Below, piece after piece: positions 11,603 through 20,653 of a stretch of DNA of 64,000 nucleotides (positions are counted from its first letter, which is position 1; each line of letters starts with the position of its first letter). Position numbers and translations under genes: made by a program. The notes under the pieces were generated by a model. The model was not told the DNA's origin and did no database searches. It saw nothing but the letters and a program-made list of their open reading frames with translations. Origin of the DNA: an uncultured Veillonella sp. (GTDB taxonomy: Bacteria > Bacillota > Negativicutes > Veillonellales > Veillonellaceae); the NCBI GenBank assembly GCA_963522415.1, contig CAUQZV010000004.1, positions 72-64,071 of the forward strand. The letters run 5' to 3'.

Positions 11603-12856
11603 ATGTTTAAACGAATTATTACGATTGTCACAGATAGTGTAGGGATTGGACATAGTCCGGAAGCAGAACGTTTTGGAGATTTGGGTGCTAATACATTGGG
11701 CCATATTGAAGAGGCGGTAGGGCCTTTACAAATTCCGAATTTACGAAAATTAGGCATCGGTAAGATTGCAGATATCACACCGCAACAAGATACAGTAGTG
11801 GGTGCCTTTGGTCGCATGCATGAACAAAGTACAGGAAAAGACACCACCAGTGGTCATTGGGAAATGATGGGGCACCCTGTGAAAGTTCCTTTCCCAACCT
11901 TTTATGATGGGTTTCCACAGGAGTTGATGGATACTTTTACGAAGGAAACTGGCTATGGATTCCTAGGCAATGAAGCGGCATCGGGGACGGAAATCATTGA
12001 GCGCCTGGGGGAAGAGCATATGAGAACGGGGAAACCTATTGTGTATACGTCTGCCGACTCAGTGTTTCAAATCGCCGCTCATGAAAGCATCATACCTTTA
12101 GAGGACCTATACAAGATGTGCCAAATTACGCGGGAACGAGTATGTATTGGAGACTACTATGTAGGACGTATCATTGCTCGTCCCTTTGTGGGGGAGCCAG
12201 GTCATTTTGTGCGTACCTCAAATCGTCATGATTATAGTCGTTTACCGGAAGGTCGATTTGTATTACAAGCTCTACAAGATGCGAAAGTACCGACCATAGG
12301 AGTAGGTAAGATTGGGGATATTTACGCTCATATCGGTTTGGATCAATCCTATCCAACAAAATCTAATTCTCATGGCATGAATCTAGTAGCTGCCTTGTTA
12401 GGGCATAGTGCGGATGATACACATGGTACATGTAGTACACATAATACACATACTATGCATGATACATCGGATACTACGTTAGAAGGTAGATTTACTCATG
12501 GCTATATGATGGTCAATCTAGTAGAGTTCGATAGCTTGTATGGACATCGTCGTGATGTACAAGGCTATGGCCGTGAGCTAGAAATGTTCGACTATCAATT
12601 AGGGGGATTGCTAGAATTATTAACAGAAGGTGATTTGTTACTCATTACGGCAGACCATGGTAATGATCCGACTTGGAAGGGAACAGACCATACGCGGGAA
12701 CTCGTGCCCCTCTTGGCGTATTCACCATCTTTCACAGGGGCTATTGATCTTGGAGATAGAAGGAGTTTTGCGGACATTGGACAAACCATATTGGAAAACT
12801 TTGGAGTTACTGAATCCTTTGTGGGGGAAAGTTTCTTATGTGAACTAGGAAACTAG
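11603..12856 (+). CDS. deoB: Phosphopentomutase with a His/Thr repeat insertion
   Basis: DSVGIG, GKDTTSGHWE, YGHRRD, TADHGNDP, DHTRE motifs; start chosen after GGAGG. Confidence 0.95.
   Translation: MFKRIITIVTDSVGIGHSPEAERFGDLGANTLGHIEEAVGPLQIPNLRKLGIGKIADITPQQDTVVGAFGRMHEQSTGKDTTSGHWEMMGHPVKVPFPTFYDGFPQELMDTFTKETGYGFLGNEAASGTEIIERLGEEHMRTGKPIVYTSADSVFQIAAHESIIPLEDLYKMCQITRERVCIGDYYVGRIIARPFVGEPGHFVRTSNRHDYSRLPEGRFVLQALQDAKVPTIGVGKIGDIYAHIGLDQSYPTKSNSHGMNLVAALLGHSADDTHGTCSTHNTHTMHDTSDTTLEGRFTHGYMMVNLVEFDSLYGHRRDVQGYGRELEMFDYQLGGLLELLTEGDLLLITADHGNDPTWKGTDHTRELVPLLAYSPSFTGAIDLGDRRSFADIGQTILENFGVTESFVGESFLCELGN
12416..12478 (+). repeat. Degenerate in-frame 9-bp tandem repeat (7 units) inside deoB
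   Basis: GATACACAT GGTACATGT AGTACACAT AATACACAT ACTATGCAT GATACATCG GATACTACG. Confidence 0.75.
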
Positions 12857-12931
12857 TGGTTTTACTTACTTTATTGTAGAGTTAGGCGTATAATGAAAAT
12901 AAGATACATGTGAAAATGAGGAGGTGATAAA

Positions 12932-13171
12932 ATGTGTACTATAAATATAAGTAAAAATGAAGAGCTAAAAGCCCTTGTAAAATTGCTAACCGATGGAGCA
13001 GCAGATTCTATTTTTTTACAAGATGAGGATACAGTAGCAGAAATAAAACTAATAAAAGATGTACTACAACCGATACAGTTTGGATTAGGAAATGGATTGT
13101 TTAAGGCTCCAGAGAATATTCATGCGGACGATGAAGCGATTCAAGAAGTATTTAAGGAGTACACACGATGA
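12932..13171 (+). CDS. Putative Phd/VapB-like antitoxin (orphan)
   Basis: Strong RBS; C-terminus FGLGNGLFKAPENIHADDEAIQEVF resembles VapB-type tails. Confidence 0.6.
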   Translation: MCTINISKNEELKALVKLLTDGAADSIFLQDEDTVAEIKLIKDVLQPIQFGLGNGLFKAPENIHADDEAIQEVFKEYTR

Positions 13172-13182
13172 ACTATTATTAG
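13168..13182 (+). pseudogene. Possible 5' relic of a PIN/VapC toxin gene
   Basis: AAGGAG RBS and ATGA overlap with the antitoxin stop; ATGAACTATTATTAG is one A short of MKLLL. Confidence 0.4.
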
Positions 13183-13246
13183 GGGATAATGAACCCTGCG
13201 TTTTGTGGGTCTAAGTATACAGTACTATAATAAAATTAGACATAGC

Positions 13247-13300
13247 AAAAGAGGCTATCAGTACTGAAGAATATTCTTCCTGACTGATAGCCTCTTTTTT
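13247..13300. terminator. Bidirectional terminator
   Basis: AAAAGAGGCTATCAGT / ACTGATAGCCTCTTTTTT between convergent genes. Confidence 0.85.
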
Positions 13301-13322
13301 GAGTACATGTACCTTCAAAATC

Positions 13323-13511
13323 TTACGCGCGTGTAATTTTATCAGAACGAAGGCAGCGTGTGCAAACGTTAACTCGTTTAGTTTCGCCGTCTACAATTGC
13401 TCGTACTCTTTGGATGTTTGGTTTCCAAGTTCGTTTGGAACGGATATGGGAATGAGAAACATTCATACCCGTAGTAGTGGATTTACCACATACTTCGCAA
13501 AGGTTTGCCAT
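13323..13511 (-). CDS. rpmB: 50S ribosomal protein L28
   Basis: CEVCGK...NVSHSH..SKRTWKPN...VCTRCLRS. Confidence 0.97.
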   Translation of the reverse strand: MANLCEVCGKSTTTGMNVSHSHIRSKRTWKPNIQRVRAIVDGETKRVNVCTRCLRSDKITRA

Positions 13512-13667
13512 TTGTTTCCACCTCCAAAGTGTTTACTACTAATATAACATATGTATTTTATCATAAAAGAGTATAGCAATGCAAGTACATTTCCTTTAGA
13601 TAATATTATACTTGCTTATTAACTATATACTAAAATAGTAAAATCTGTCAAATTTTCAAAATATGAC

Positions 13668-13770
13668 TTGCGTTAATTTTAAACAAGATGTATAATTTTG
13701 GTATGGAAGGACACTTTGTTATATAACCTAACTCACGTAACTCTTTTATACAAAGTGTCCTTCTTTTTTT
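13668..13770 (+). ncRNA. Candidate ~68-nt sRNA with its own promoter and terminator
   Basis: TTGCGT-17-TATAAT (13668-13696), then a perfect 14-bp stem 13706-13719/13750-13763, 30-nt loop and T7 tail. Confidence 0.55.
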
Positions 13771-13812
13771 GCGCCTATTTTTAAGTGAGGTTCATATTGG
13801 ATAGGTTCTCTA

Positions 13813-13906
13813 TGGTATAATATAAAGCATCTAGTAATTACTATGTGTGGCAGTGTGTCATAGGATAGAAACATATATAGATACACACACATAGATAGTT
13901 AGATGC
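13813..13906 (+). ncRNA. Candidate structured leader or sRNA upstream of recG
   Basis: Extended -10 TGGTATAAT, then GCATCTA/TAGATGC and CTATGTGTG/CACACATAG stems. Confidence 0.35.
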
Positions 13907-14067
13907 AGTGATGGTGGTTATGACCGAGTATTAGTGAGTGCTTATCGTATGGCTGTTGTCTTGTATTAATCAATATAAATTAGTCATGTAGTATACTTTC
14001 AGAATTAATAGAGTAGAGGGTACATTCATAAATAACGACATAATGAAGGAAAGAGTACGGATAGAAT

Positions 14068-16104
14068 ATGAACGAACAATTGCAATCCATAAAGAGCGTG
14101 GGACCGCAACGAGTGAAACAATTGAATAAATTAGGAATTTATACGGTAACAGGTTTGTTGCATTATTTTCCACGCACTTTTGAAGATAGACGGCAAGTGT
14201 ATACGATCTGTGAAGCCCCTATAGGAGAGATGGTAGGTGTGACAGGGCAGGTAGTACGGGTCAGTGAAAAACGACCAAGACCACGTATGCATATTCTAAC
14301 GGTTACTCTATCTGATGGGATACGTCAATTAAACTTAACCTTTTTTAACCAAGCCTATAAGAAAAACTTTTATAAACCAGGTCAACATATCTATGCCTAT
14401 GGAAAGATAGAACATGCCTATGGAGCCTTCCAAATGAATACACCACAAGTGGAACTGATAGAAGAAGGACAAGTTATGGAGCGTGGTATTGTACCTGTCT
14501 ATGGTTTGACGGAAGGCATGAAACAATGGGGAATCAGATTGGCCATAAAAAACTGGTTTGACCATAACTCCACGTTAGAAGATGTGGTCCCTCAAGATGT
14601 GATGGGGAATAAGTTTACTATGAGCCGTTATGATGCCTTTCGGGAGATGCATTTTCCTACATCGTGGGAACGGTATCAAGAGGCACGCAAACAATTAGCT
14701 TATGAAGAACTATGGATTATGCAAATGGGGCTATTACTCCTTCGTGCCCATGAACAGGGGCAAGGGGGATTCCCTATGACAGAGAATGGATCTTTGGTGG
14801 AGCGAATTAGAAAAGGTTTACCATTTACTTTGACCGGAGATCAAGAGAAAGCATTAGAAGAGATTGCCAAGGATATGGAACAGCCCCAAGCTATGCAGCG
14901 GTTAGTACAAGGTGATGTAGGTTCTGGTAAAACGGTGGTAGCGGCGTTGGCTTTAGCTAAAGTAGTAGAAAATGGGTTTCAAGGCGCTATTATGGCACCT
15001 ACAGAAATTTTGGCCACACAACATTTTGAAAGCTTCCAGGAGCTCTTTCAAGATGCACCGATACGAATGGCATTGTTGACGGGCTCCACGAAGAAAAAGC
15101 AAGATCTTTATGATGCCTTAGAACGAGGGGACATCGATGTCTTAGTAGGCACTCATGCATTGATTCAAGACAAAGTGATGTTTCATCAATTAGGTTTGAT
15201 TGTAGTGGATGAACAACATCGATTTGGTGTAGAGCAGCGGGCGAAACTACAACGAAAAGGAGACCATCCTCATGTGCTAATCATGACGGCAACCCCTATA
15301 CCACGGACTATGACCTTATCCATTTATGGAGATCTAGAAGTTTCTTTGATTAAGGAAATGCCTCCAGGTCGTAAACCAGTGAAAACCTACGCTGTGGATT
15401 CGTCCTATAAAGAGCGATTGTTGCATTTTTTTGAAAAAGAAATGCAAGCGGGTCATCAGGTCTATGCAGTGTGCCCATTAGTGGAAGAGTCTGAAAAAAT
15501 GGATTTGCAAGCAGCAGAGCAAATTTATTACGAATATAAAGAATATTTTGAGCCACACTATCGTGTAGGTTTGGTGCATGGTCGCATGCGTCCAAAGGAA
15601 AAAGAAGACATTATGGATGCGTTCTATCGTCGAGAGATTCATTTGTTAGTATCGACTACGGTGATTGAAGTAGGCGTGAATGTGCCGAATGCGACGATTA
15701 TGTGTATCCATAATGCAGAACGTTTTGGTTTATCCCAGTTGCATCAATTGCGTGGTCGTGTAGGTCGTGGATCGGCACAGGCCTATTGTATTCTGATTAG
15801 TGATAGTAAAAACCCTGATAGCAAAACTCGACTTTCACTGATGGAACAAACGCAAGACGGATTTGAACTGGCAGAACAAGACTTGCTCATCCGTGGCACA
15901 GGGGAATTATTTGGCTTGGCGCAGTCGGGATTGCCAGATTTGAAAGTGGCGAACATCATCAAAGATATTCCTATTCTTGTGGAAGCCCGGGAAGATGCTA
16001 AAGCATATTTACAATCCCACGGATTTGATGAAGTGCAATCGACTTTGCGTCATCAAATGGAAGCACGCTTTGGACCACAGTATATGCGTATTTTGTATAG
16101 TTAA
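14068..16104 (+). CDS. recG: ATP-dependent DNA helicase RecG
   Basis: QGDVGSGKT, DEQHRFG, MTATPIPRT, QLHQLRGRVGRG. Confidence 0.97.
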   Translation: MNEQLQSIKSVGPQRVKQLNKLGIYTVTGLLHYFPRTFEDRRQVYTICEAPIGEMVGVTGQVVRVSEKRPRPRMHILTVTLSDGIRQLNLTFFNQAYKKNFYKPGQHIYAYGKIEHAYGAFQMNTPQVELIEEGQVMERGIVPVYGLTEGMKQWGIRLAIKNWFDHNSTLEDVVPQDVMGNKFTMSRYDAFREMHFPTSWERYQEARKQLAYEELWIMQMGLLLLRAHEQGQGGFPMTENGSLVERIRKGLPFTLTGDQEKALEEIAKDMEQPQAMQRLVQGDVGSGKTVVAALALAKVVENGFQGAIMAPTEILATQHFESFQELFQDAPIRMALLTGSTKKKQDLYDALERGDIDVLVGTHALIQDKVMFHQLGLIVVDEQHRFGVEQRAKLQRKGDHPHVLIMTATPIPRTMTLSIYGDLEVSLIKEMPPGRKPVKTYAVDSSYKERLLHFFEKEMQAGHQVYAVCPLVEESEKMDLQAAEQIYYEYKEYFEPHYRVGLVHGRMRPKEKEDIMDAFYRREIHLLVSTTVIEVGVNVPNATIMCIHNAERFGLSQLHQLRGRVGRGSAQAYCILISDSKNPDSKTRLSLMEQTQDGFELAEQDLLIRGTGELFGLAQSGLPDLKVANIIKDIPILVEAREDAKAYLQSHGFDEVQSTLRHQMEARFGPQYMRILYS

Positions 16105-16198
16105 AGTTGTTTAGTGAGGGCTAAATATGATACAATAGGATGAGATTTTATCTATAGCATAGTGCTATAGATGCGTAGTGGTGATGGAGGAAAGACTC

Positions 16199-16387
16199 AT
16201 GCCTATTATTCATGTAGAACTTGTTGAAGGTCGTACTTTTGAACAAAAGAAAGCTCTTGGCGAAGCGATTACAAAAGCAACTGTAGAAACTGTAAAAGTA
16301 CCTGCAGAAGCGGTAAAAGTAATTTTCGTGGACATGAAAGCTGACAACTATATGGAAGCTGGCGTTATGCGCTGCGAAAAGAAATAA
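16199..16387 (+). CDS. 4-oxalocrotonate tautomerase family protein
   Basis: N-terminal catalytic Pro: MPIIHVELVEGRTFEQK. Confidence 0.9.
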   Translation: MPIIHVELVEGRTFEQKKALGEAITKATVETVKVPAEAVKVIFVDMKADNYMEAGVMRCEKK

Positions 16388-16486
16388 TTAGGAAAATTAC
16401 CTACCAGAAGGATAGGTCTATGATAGGGTGTAGGCTCTTTCATATGTCCTGTCCTTCTTGTTTACATACTAGAGTAGATGAGGTGA

Positions 16487-17215
16487 ATGGTGCAGAATCA
16501 AATACATGTGCTATCCGTCCCAATTGATGCGGTAACGATGACGGAAGCCGTAGATAGAGTGCTTTCATTAGTGGGACAGCCAAAATTACATATGGTGGCA
16601 ACGGCCAATGCAGAAATGATTATGATGGCACAGGATGATCAAAGATTGTTAGAGGTTCTGCAACAAGCGGATCTTGTTGTACCGGATGGAGCAGGTGCTT
16701 TATGGGCAGCTGAGCAACAGGGACAGCGTTTTCCAGAACGAGTGACAGGTTGTGACCTATTGCAACACTTATTGAAGGCAGCTAAAGCACATAATATAAA
16801 GATATACTGCTTAGGTGGAGCTGAGGGAGTTGTCAAAAAAGCCTTAGAAAATATGACAGCAGAACTTGGAGAATTGCCGGTAGTGGGATATCATTCTGGA
16901 TATTTCACAGCGGAGGAAGAAGTAGACATTCTTGATGAGATTCAACGTAGAGGGGCTCAATTAGTGTTTGTTGCCTTTGGGGTGCCGAAACAAGAGTTTT
17001 GGATTCAAGAAAAATTAGCCCGATTAGATGGTGTAGTCGCCATGGGAGTGGGCGGTTCTTTCGATGTATTAGCGGGCATGTTGAAACGAGCTCCTGTATG
17101 GATGCAAGAAAACCGCTTAGAGTGGTTATATCGATTGGCATTGCAACCGAAACGTATTATTCGTATGTTAGCATTGCCTAAATTTATGTGGACTGTATGG
17201 CGCCATAAACATTGA
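16487..17215 (+). CDS. WecB/TagA/CpsF glycosyltransferase
   Basis: VPDG, GVPKQE, MGVGGSFD, RAP..MQ...LEWLYRL. Confidence 0.92.
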   Translation: MVQNQIHVLSVPIDAVTMTEAVDRVLSLVGQPKLHMVATANAEMIMMAQDDQRLLEVLQQADLVVPDGAGALWAAEQQGQRFPERVTGCDLLQHLLKAAKAHNIKIYCLGGAEGVVKKALENMTAELGELPVVGYHSGYFTAEEEVDILDEIQRRGAQLVFVAFGVPKQEFWIQEKLARLDGVVAMGVGGSFDVLAGMLKRAPVWMQENRLEWLYRLALQPKRIIRMLALPKFMWTVWRHKH

Positions 17216-17267
17216 TACAGTATAGTTGTATCTTGTTGGAGCTATCACTAGTTAAGAGAGGTTTAGT

Positions 17268-17903
17268 ATGGGTTTGATTGTTAAAGAAGGATATCCTTTA
17301 ATCGGTGCTTGTCTTGTTGTGACAGCACTGGTAGGCTACTTTCTATCATGGTGGTTAGGAATTATACCATTTGTACTGGCATTATTCTTTACTTATTTTT
17401 TTAGAAATCCTAATCGCCGTATTCCTCATGATCCAATGGTGTTAGTATCACCAGCGGATGGGAAAGTGATGGAAGTAGTAGAGGTGTTTGAGGACACATA
17501 TTTACATCAACAATGTAAAAAAGTAACAATTTTTTTATCTGTTTTTGATGTCCATGTGAATCGGGCGCCAATGGCAGGTGAAATTACATTCCGTCAATAT
17601 ACAGAAGGACGTTTTTTACCAGCCTACAAAGATTCTGTAGGCTACGAAAATGAACGACATACGATTAGCATTAAAAACGACAAGATGGAAATTGTGGTCA
17701 CACAGATTGCGGGCTTGTTGGCTAGACGTATCGTGTCTTGGACAGATGTAGGAGATACCTTGGAGCAAGGTACTTTGTATGGTATGATTAAATTCGGATC
17801 TTGTACAGAACTATTTGTTCCGTTAGACGTAGAGATTTGCGTCACAAAAGGGCAACATGTAGTTGGTGGAGAAACGATTATTGGGAGGGTGAAAGATGAA
17901 TAA
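17268..17903 (+). CDS. psd: Phosphatidylserine decarboxylase proenzyme
   Basis: SPADG, FLSVFDVHVNRAP, IKFGS cleavage motif. Confidence 0.93.
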   Translation: MGLIVKEGYPLIGACLVVTALVGYFLSWWLGIIPFVLALFFTYFFRNPNRRIPHDPMVLVSPADGKVMEVVEVFEDTYLHQQCKKVTIFLSVFDVHVNRAPMAGEITFRQYTEGRFLPAYKDSVGYENERHTISIKNDKMEIVVTQIAGLLARRIVSWTDVGDTLEQGTLYGMIKFGSCTELFVPLDVEICVTKGQHVVGGETIIGRVKDE

Positions 17904-18567
17904 GTCTATGTTTCCCAATCTTTGCACAGCAGCAAATTTAGCCTTCGGTGTGATTGGCATTAGTTTATCTGCTACAGGTAATTTTACTGGGGCAGCCGTA
18001 TGTGTGCTTTTGTCCTTATTAGCCGATGGCTTAGATGGACGGATTGCTCGTGCTTTGGGTGTTTCTGGAGATTTTGGTCGTGAATTAGATTCGTTAGCCG
18101 ATGTAGTTGGCTTTGGTGTATCTCCAGCTTTTATGCTGTATATGATGAGCCTCGATCACTATGGTTGGTTAGGCTATGTGCCATTGTTGGTATTCTCTGT
18201 GTTAGGGGCTTTCAGATTGGCACGATTTAATATTATGACAGAAGAAGTACACGGTTACTTCCAAGGGTTACCGATTCCTGCAGCAGGTTGTATGGCCGCT
18301 ACCTATGTGTTAAGTGGTGTTCGTATTCCTGATGCGGCGTTGATGTTAGCTATGATATTCGTAGGTTACTTGATGGTTAGCAATGTGCATCATCCGGATT
18401 TCAAAGGGAAAGGTAGCGATCCAGTGCAACCAATTGCCGTAGGTATTACTGTAGGTTGTGGCGTATTTTGCCTATTGATGGATTATCGCTCTTGGCCGGT
18501 TTTGATTTTTGTATTATATGCTGTATATGGTATTAGTAATACTATCATCAACAACATTCGTAAATAG
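17896..18567 (+). CDS. pssA: CDP-diacylglycerol-serine O-phosphatidyltransferase
   Basis: DGLDGRIAR...GRELDSLAD CDP-alcohol motif; RLARFN. Confidence 0.93.
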   Translation: MNKSMFPNLCTAANLAFGVIGISLSATGNFTGAAVCVLLSLLADGLDGRIARALGVSGDFGRELDSLADVVGFGVSPAFMLYMMSLDHYGWLGYVPLLVFSVLGAFRLARFNIMTEEVHGYFQGLPIPAAGCMAATYVLSGVRIPDAALMLAMIFVGYLMVSNVHHPDFKGKGSDPVQPIAVGITVGCGVFCLLMDYRSWPVLIFVLYAVYGISNTIINNIRK

Positions 18568-18579
18568 GAAGGAACTAGG

Positions 18580-19848
18580 ATGAATTACGTTTGGTTTGAC
18601 CTAATTATGATTCCCATACAGGTAATTATCGTATTTTATACCTTGTATTACTTTGTGTTGATGGTCTGTGGCATGTGGCATAAAAGTGACAAAAAGGAAT
18701 GTCCGCCGAAACATTCCTTTGCTATTATTGTCTGTGCCCATAATGAAAGTGCCGTGATAAGTCAATTGGTGAATAATCTACACGTCTTAGATTATCCTCG
18801 CCACTTATATGACATCTTTGTGGTGGCAGATAATTGTAAAGATGATACGGCCAAGATTGCTCGCGAAGCTGGTGCTGAAGTGTATGAACGCTTTAATACT
18901 GAAGAAGTGGGTAAAGGCTATGCCATGGGTTGGATGTTTGACAAAGTATTCGCCATGGAACGCAAGTATGATGCCTTCGTCATTTTTGATGCGGATAATC
19001 TAGTACACCCTCATTTCCTCTATGAAATGAATCGTCATTTGGAAAAAGGGGAGCCAGTGATTCAAGGATACTTGAATGCGAAGAATCCAACCGATACATG
19101 GGTAGCAGGTACCTTTGCTATTGCCTTTTGGATGGTCAATCACATGTGGCACTTGGCGAAATATAATTTGGGACTTTCCACAGCCTTAGGTGGAACTGGT
19201 ATGTGTATTCGTACAGATATCATTCGCGACTATGGTTGGTCATGTAATAGCTTGACAGAAGATATGGAATTTTCCTTGAAACTGTTAATCCATGGCGTGA
19301 AAACAACATGGGCGCACAATGCCATCGTCTATGATGAAAAACCATTGACCTTTATGCAGTCTTGGAATCAGCGGAAACGTTGGGCTCAAGGGCATTTTGA
19401 TACAGGAGAACGGTATATTCCGAAACTCTTTGTGCAAGGTATTAAGAAAGGGAAATGGACGATTCTAGATGGAATTGTACAGATTACACAGCCCTATTTC
19501 TTGTTACTGTCAGCCTTTTATATTATTATGACCTATATCAATGGCATCGTGCCGTTGTATACGAATATTATCTACCAAATCTTGCCAGTGCAAGTATGGC
19601 AGATTATCGGTATTGGACAATATTTATTTCCACTCATTGTGTTAGCACAAATTAAAGTGCCACCGAAAGTGTGGTTGTATTATCTATTGTATCCATTATT
19701 CATTTATTCTTGGGTACCAGTTACGCTCCTTGGATATTTGAATCGCCACGATAAAGTATGGTCCCATACACAACATACCCGTGGGGTAGCATTAGGGGAA
19801 GTGAAACTAACCCGTATGGGCGATACCAGTCGAAAAACAAAAGAATAA
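18580..19848 (+). CDS. Membrane GT2 glycosyltransferase (CESA-like)
   Basis: AHNE, DAD, TED, QRKRW motifs; TM helices. Confidence 0.9.
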   Translation: MNYVWFDLIMIPIQVIIVFYTLYYFVLMVCGMWHKSDKKECPPKHSFAIIVCAHNESAVISQLVNNLHVLDYPRHLYDIFVVADNCKDDTAKIAREAGAEVYERFNTEEVGKGYAMGWMFDKVFAMERKYDAFVIFDADNLVHPHFLYEMNRHLEKGEPVIQGYLNAKNPTDTWVAGTFAIAFWMVNHMWHLAKYNLGLSTALGGTGMCIRTDIIRDYGWSCNSLTEDMEFSLKLLIHGVKTTWAHNAIVYDEKPLTFMQSWNQRKRWAQGHFDTGERYIPKLFVQGIKKGKWTILDGIVQITQPYFLLLSAFYIIMTYINGIVPLYTNIIYQILPVQVWQIIGIGQYLFPLIVLAQIKVPPKVWLYYLLYPLFIYSWVPVTLLGYLNRHDKVWSHTQHTRGVALGEVKLTRMGDTSRKTKE

Positions 19849-19856
19849 ACTATGAT

Positions 19857-19892
19857 AAGAGCAACAGGATCATTTGGTTCTGTTGCTTTTTT
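19857..19892 (+). terminator. Intrinsic terminator
   Basis: AGCAACAGGA/TTCTGTTGCT followed by a T run. Confidence 0.8.
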
Positions 19893-20000
19893 GTGTGCTT
19901 GTTGAGATGTTTGAGTTAAGGGATTGAAGCTGAAACTGTACAATTTTGGATGTAGATTTATCAGTTAATACATTTATTTGATTAACTGAATGTAGTAAAT

Positions 20001-20032
20001 TTGCACCAAATATTATATAATATTTGGTGCAA
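20001..20032. promoter_or_regulatory. Perfect 32-bp palindromic operator over the abiE promoter
   Basis: TTGCACCAAATATTATATAATATTTGGTGCAA contains TATAAT and abuts the RBS. Confidence 0.75.
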
Positions 20033-20044
20033 GGAGGGAGAAAA

Positions 20045-20653
20045 ATGACATATAAAGAGAAAATTTTAGATAGAATTAATACTCTAAAGGATGGACATGT
20101 TTTTATAGCCAATGATTTTTTTGATATTGCTGGATATGAAACAATTCGTAGTGCTTTAAATCGTCTTGTGGAGAATAATGAAATTACTCGCATTATGAAG
20201 GGAATCTATTTCAAACCAAGATATATTGAAATCATTGATGAATATACAATGCCATCTATTGATGAAGTGGCTAACGCCATTGCTAGAAAATATAATTGGA
20301 CAATTGCACCATCTGGTAATACAGTATTAAATGTATTAGGTTTATCTACACAAGTGCCAGCTACATGGTCATATATATCTGATGGAAGATATGCAAACTT
20401 TACCATTGGTAATACAATAATAGAATTTAAACGTAGAACCAATGGGGATATTTCAAAGATGTCAACTATGACGGCTATGATTATACAAGCTATTAAAGCT
20501 ATAGGTAAAGATAATATAACGGAAAAAGAGATTAACTTTTTAAAAGCAAAAATATCACCAAATGAAAAAGAAGAATTACTATATAATGCAAAAAGCACAA
20601 GTGTTTGGGTATACTATATTATTATGAAAATATGTGAGGTGGAACATGTTTGA
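20045..20653 (+). CDS. DUF6088/AbiEi-like type IV antitoxin
   Basis: N-terminal wHTH (IRSALNRL...ITRIMKGIY); LGLSTQVP motif. Confidence 0.85.
   Translation: MTYKEKILDRINTLKDGHVFIANDFFDIAGYETIRSALNRLVENNEITRIMKGIYFKPRYIEIIDEYTMPSIDEVANAIARKYNWTIAPSGNTVLNVLGLSTQVPATWSYISDGRYANFTIGNTIIEFKRRTNGDISKMSTMTAMIIQAIKAIGKDNITEKEINFLKAKISPNEKEELLYNAKSTSVWVYYIIMKICEVEHV

Noticed and set aside
13299..13547. 82-aa + strand ORF
   Set aside because: Antisense shadow of rpmB
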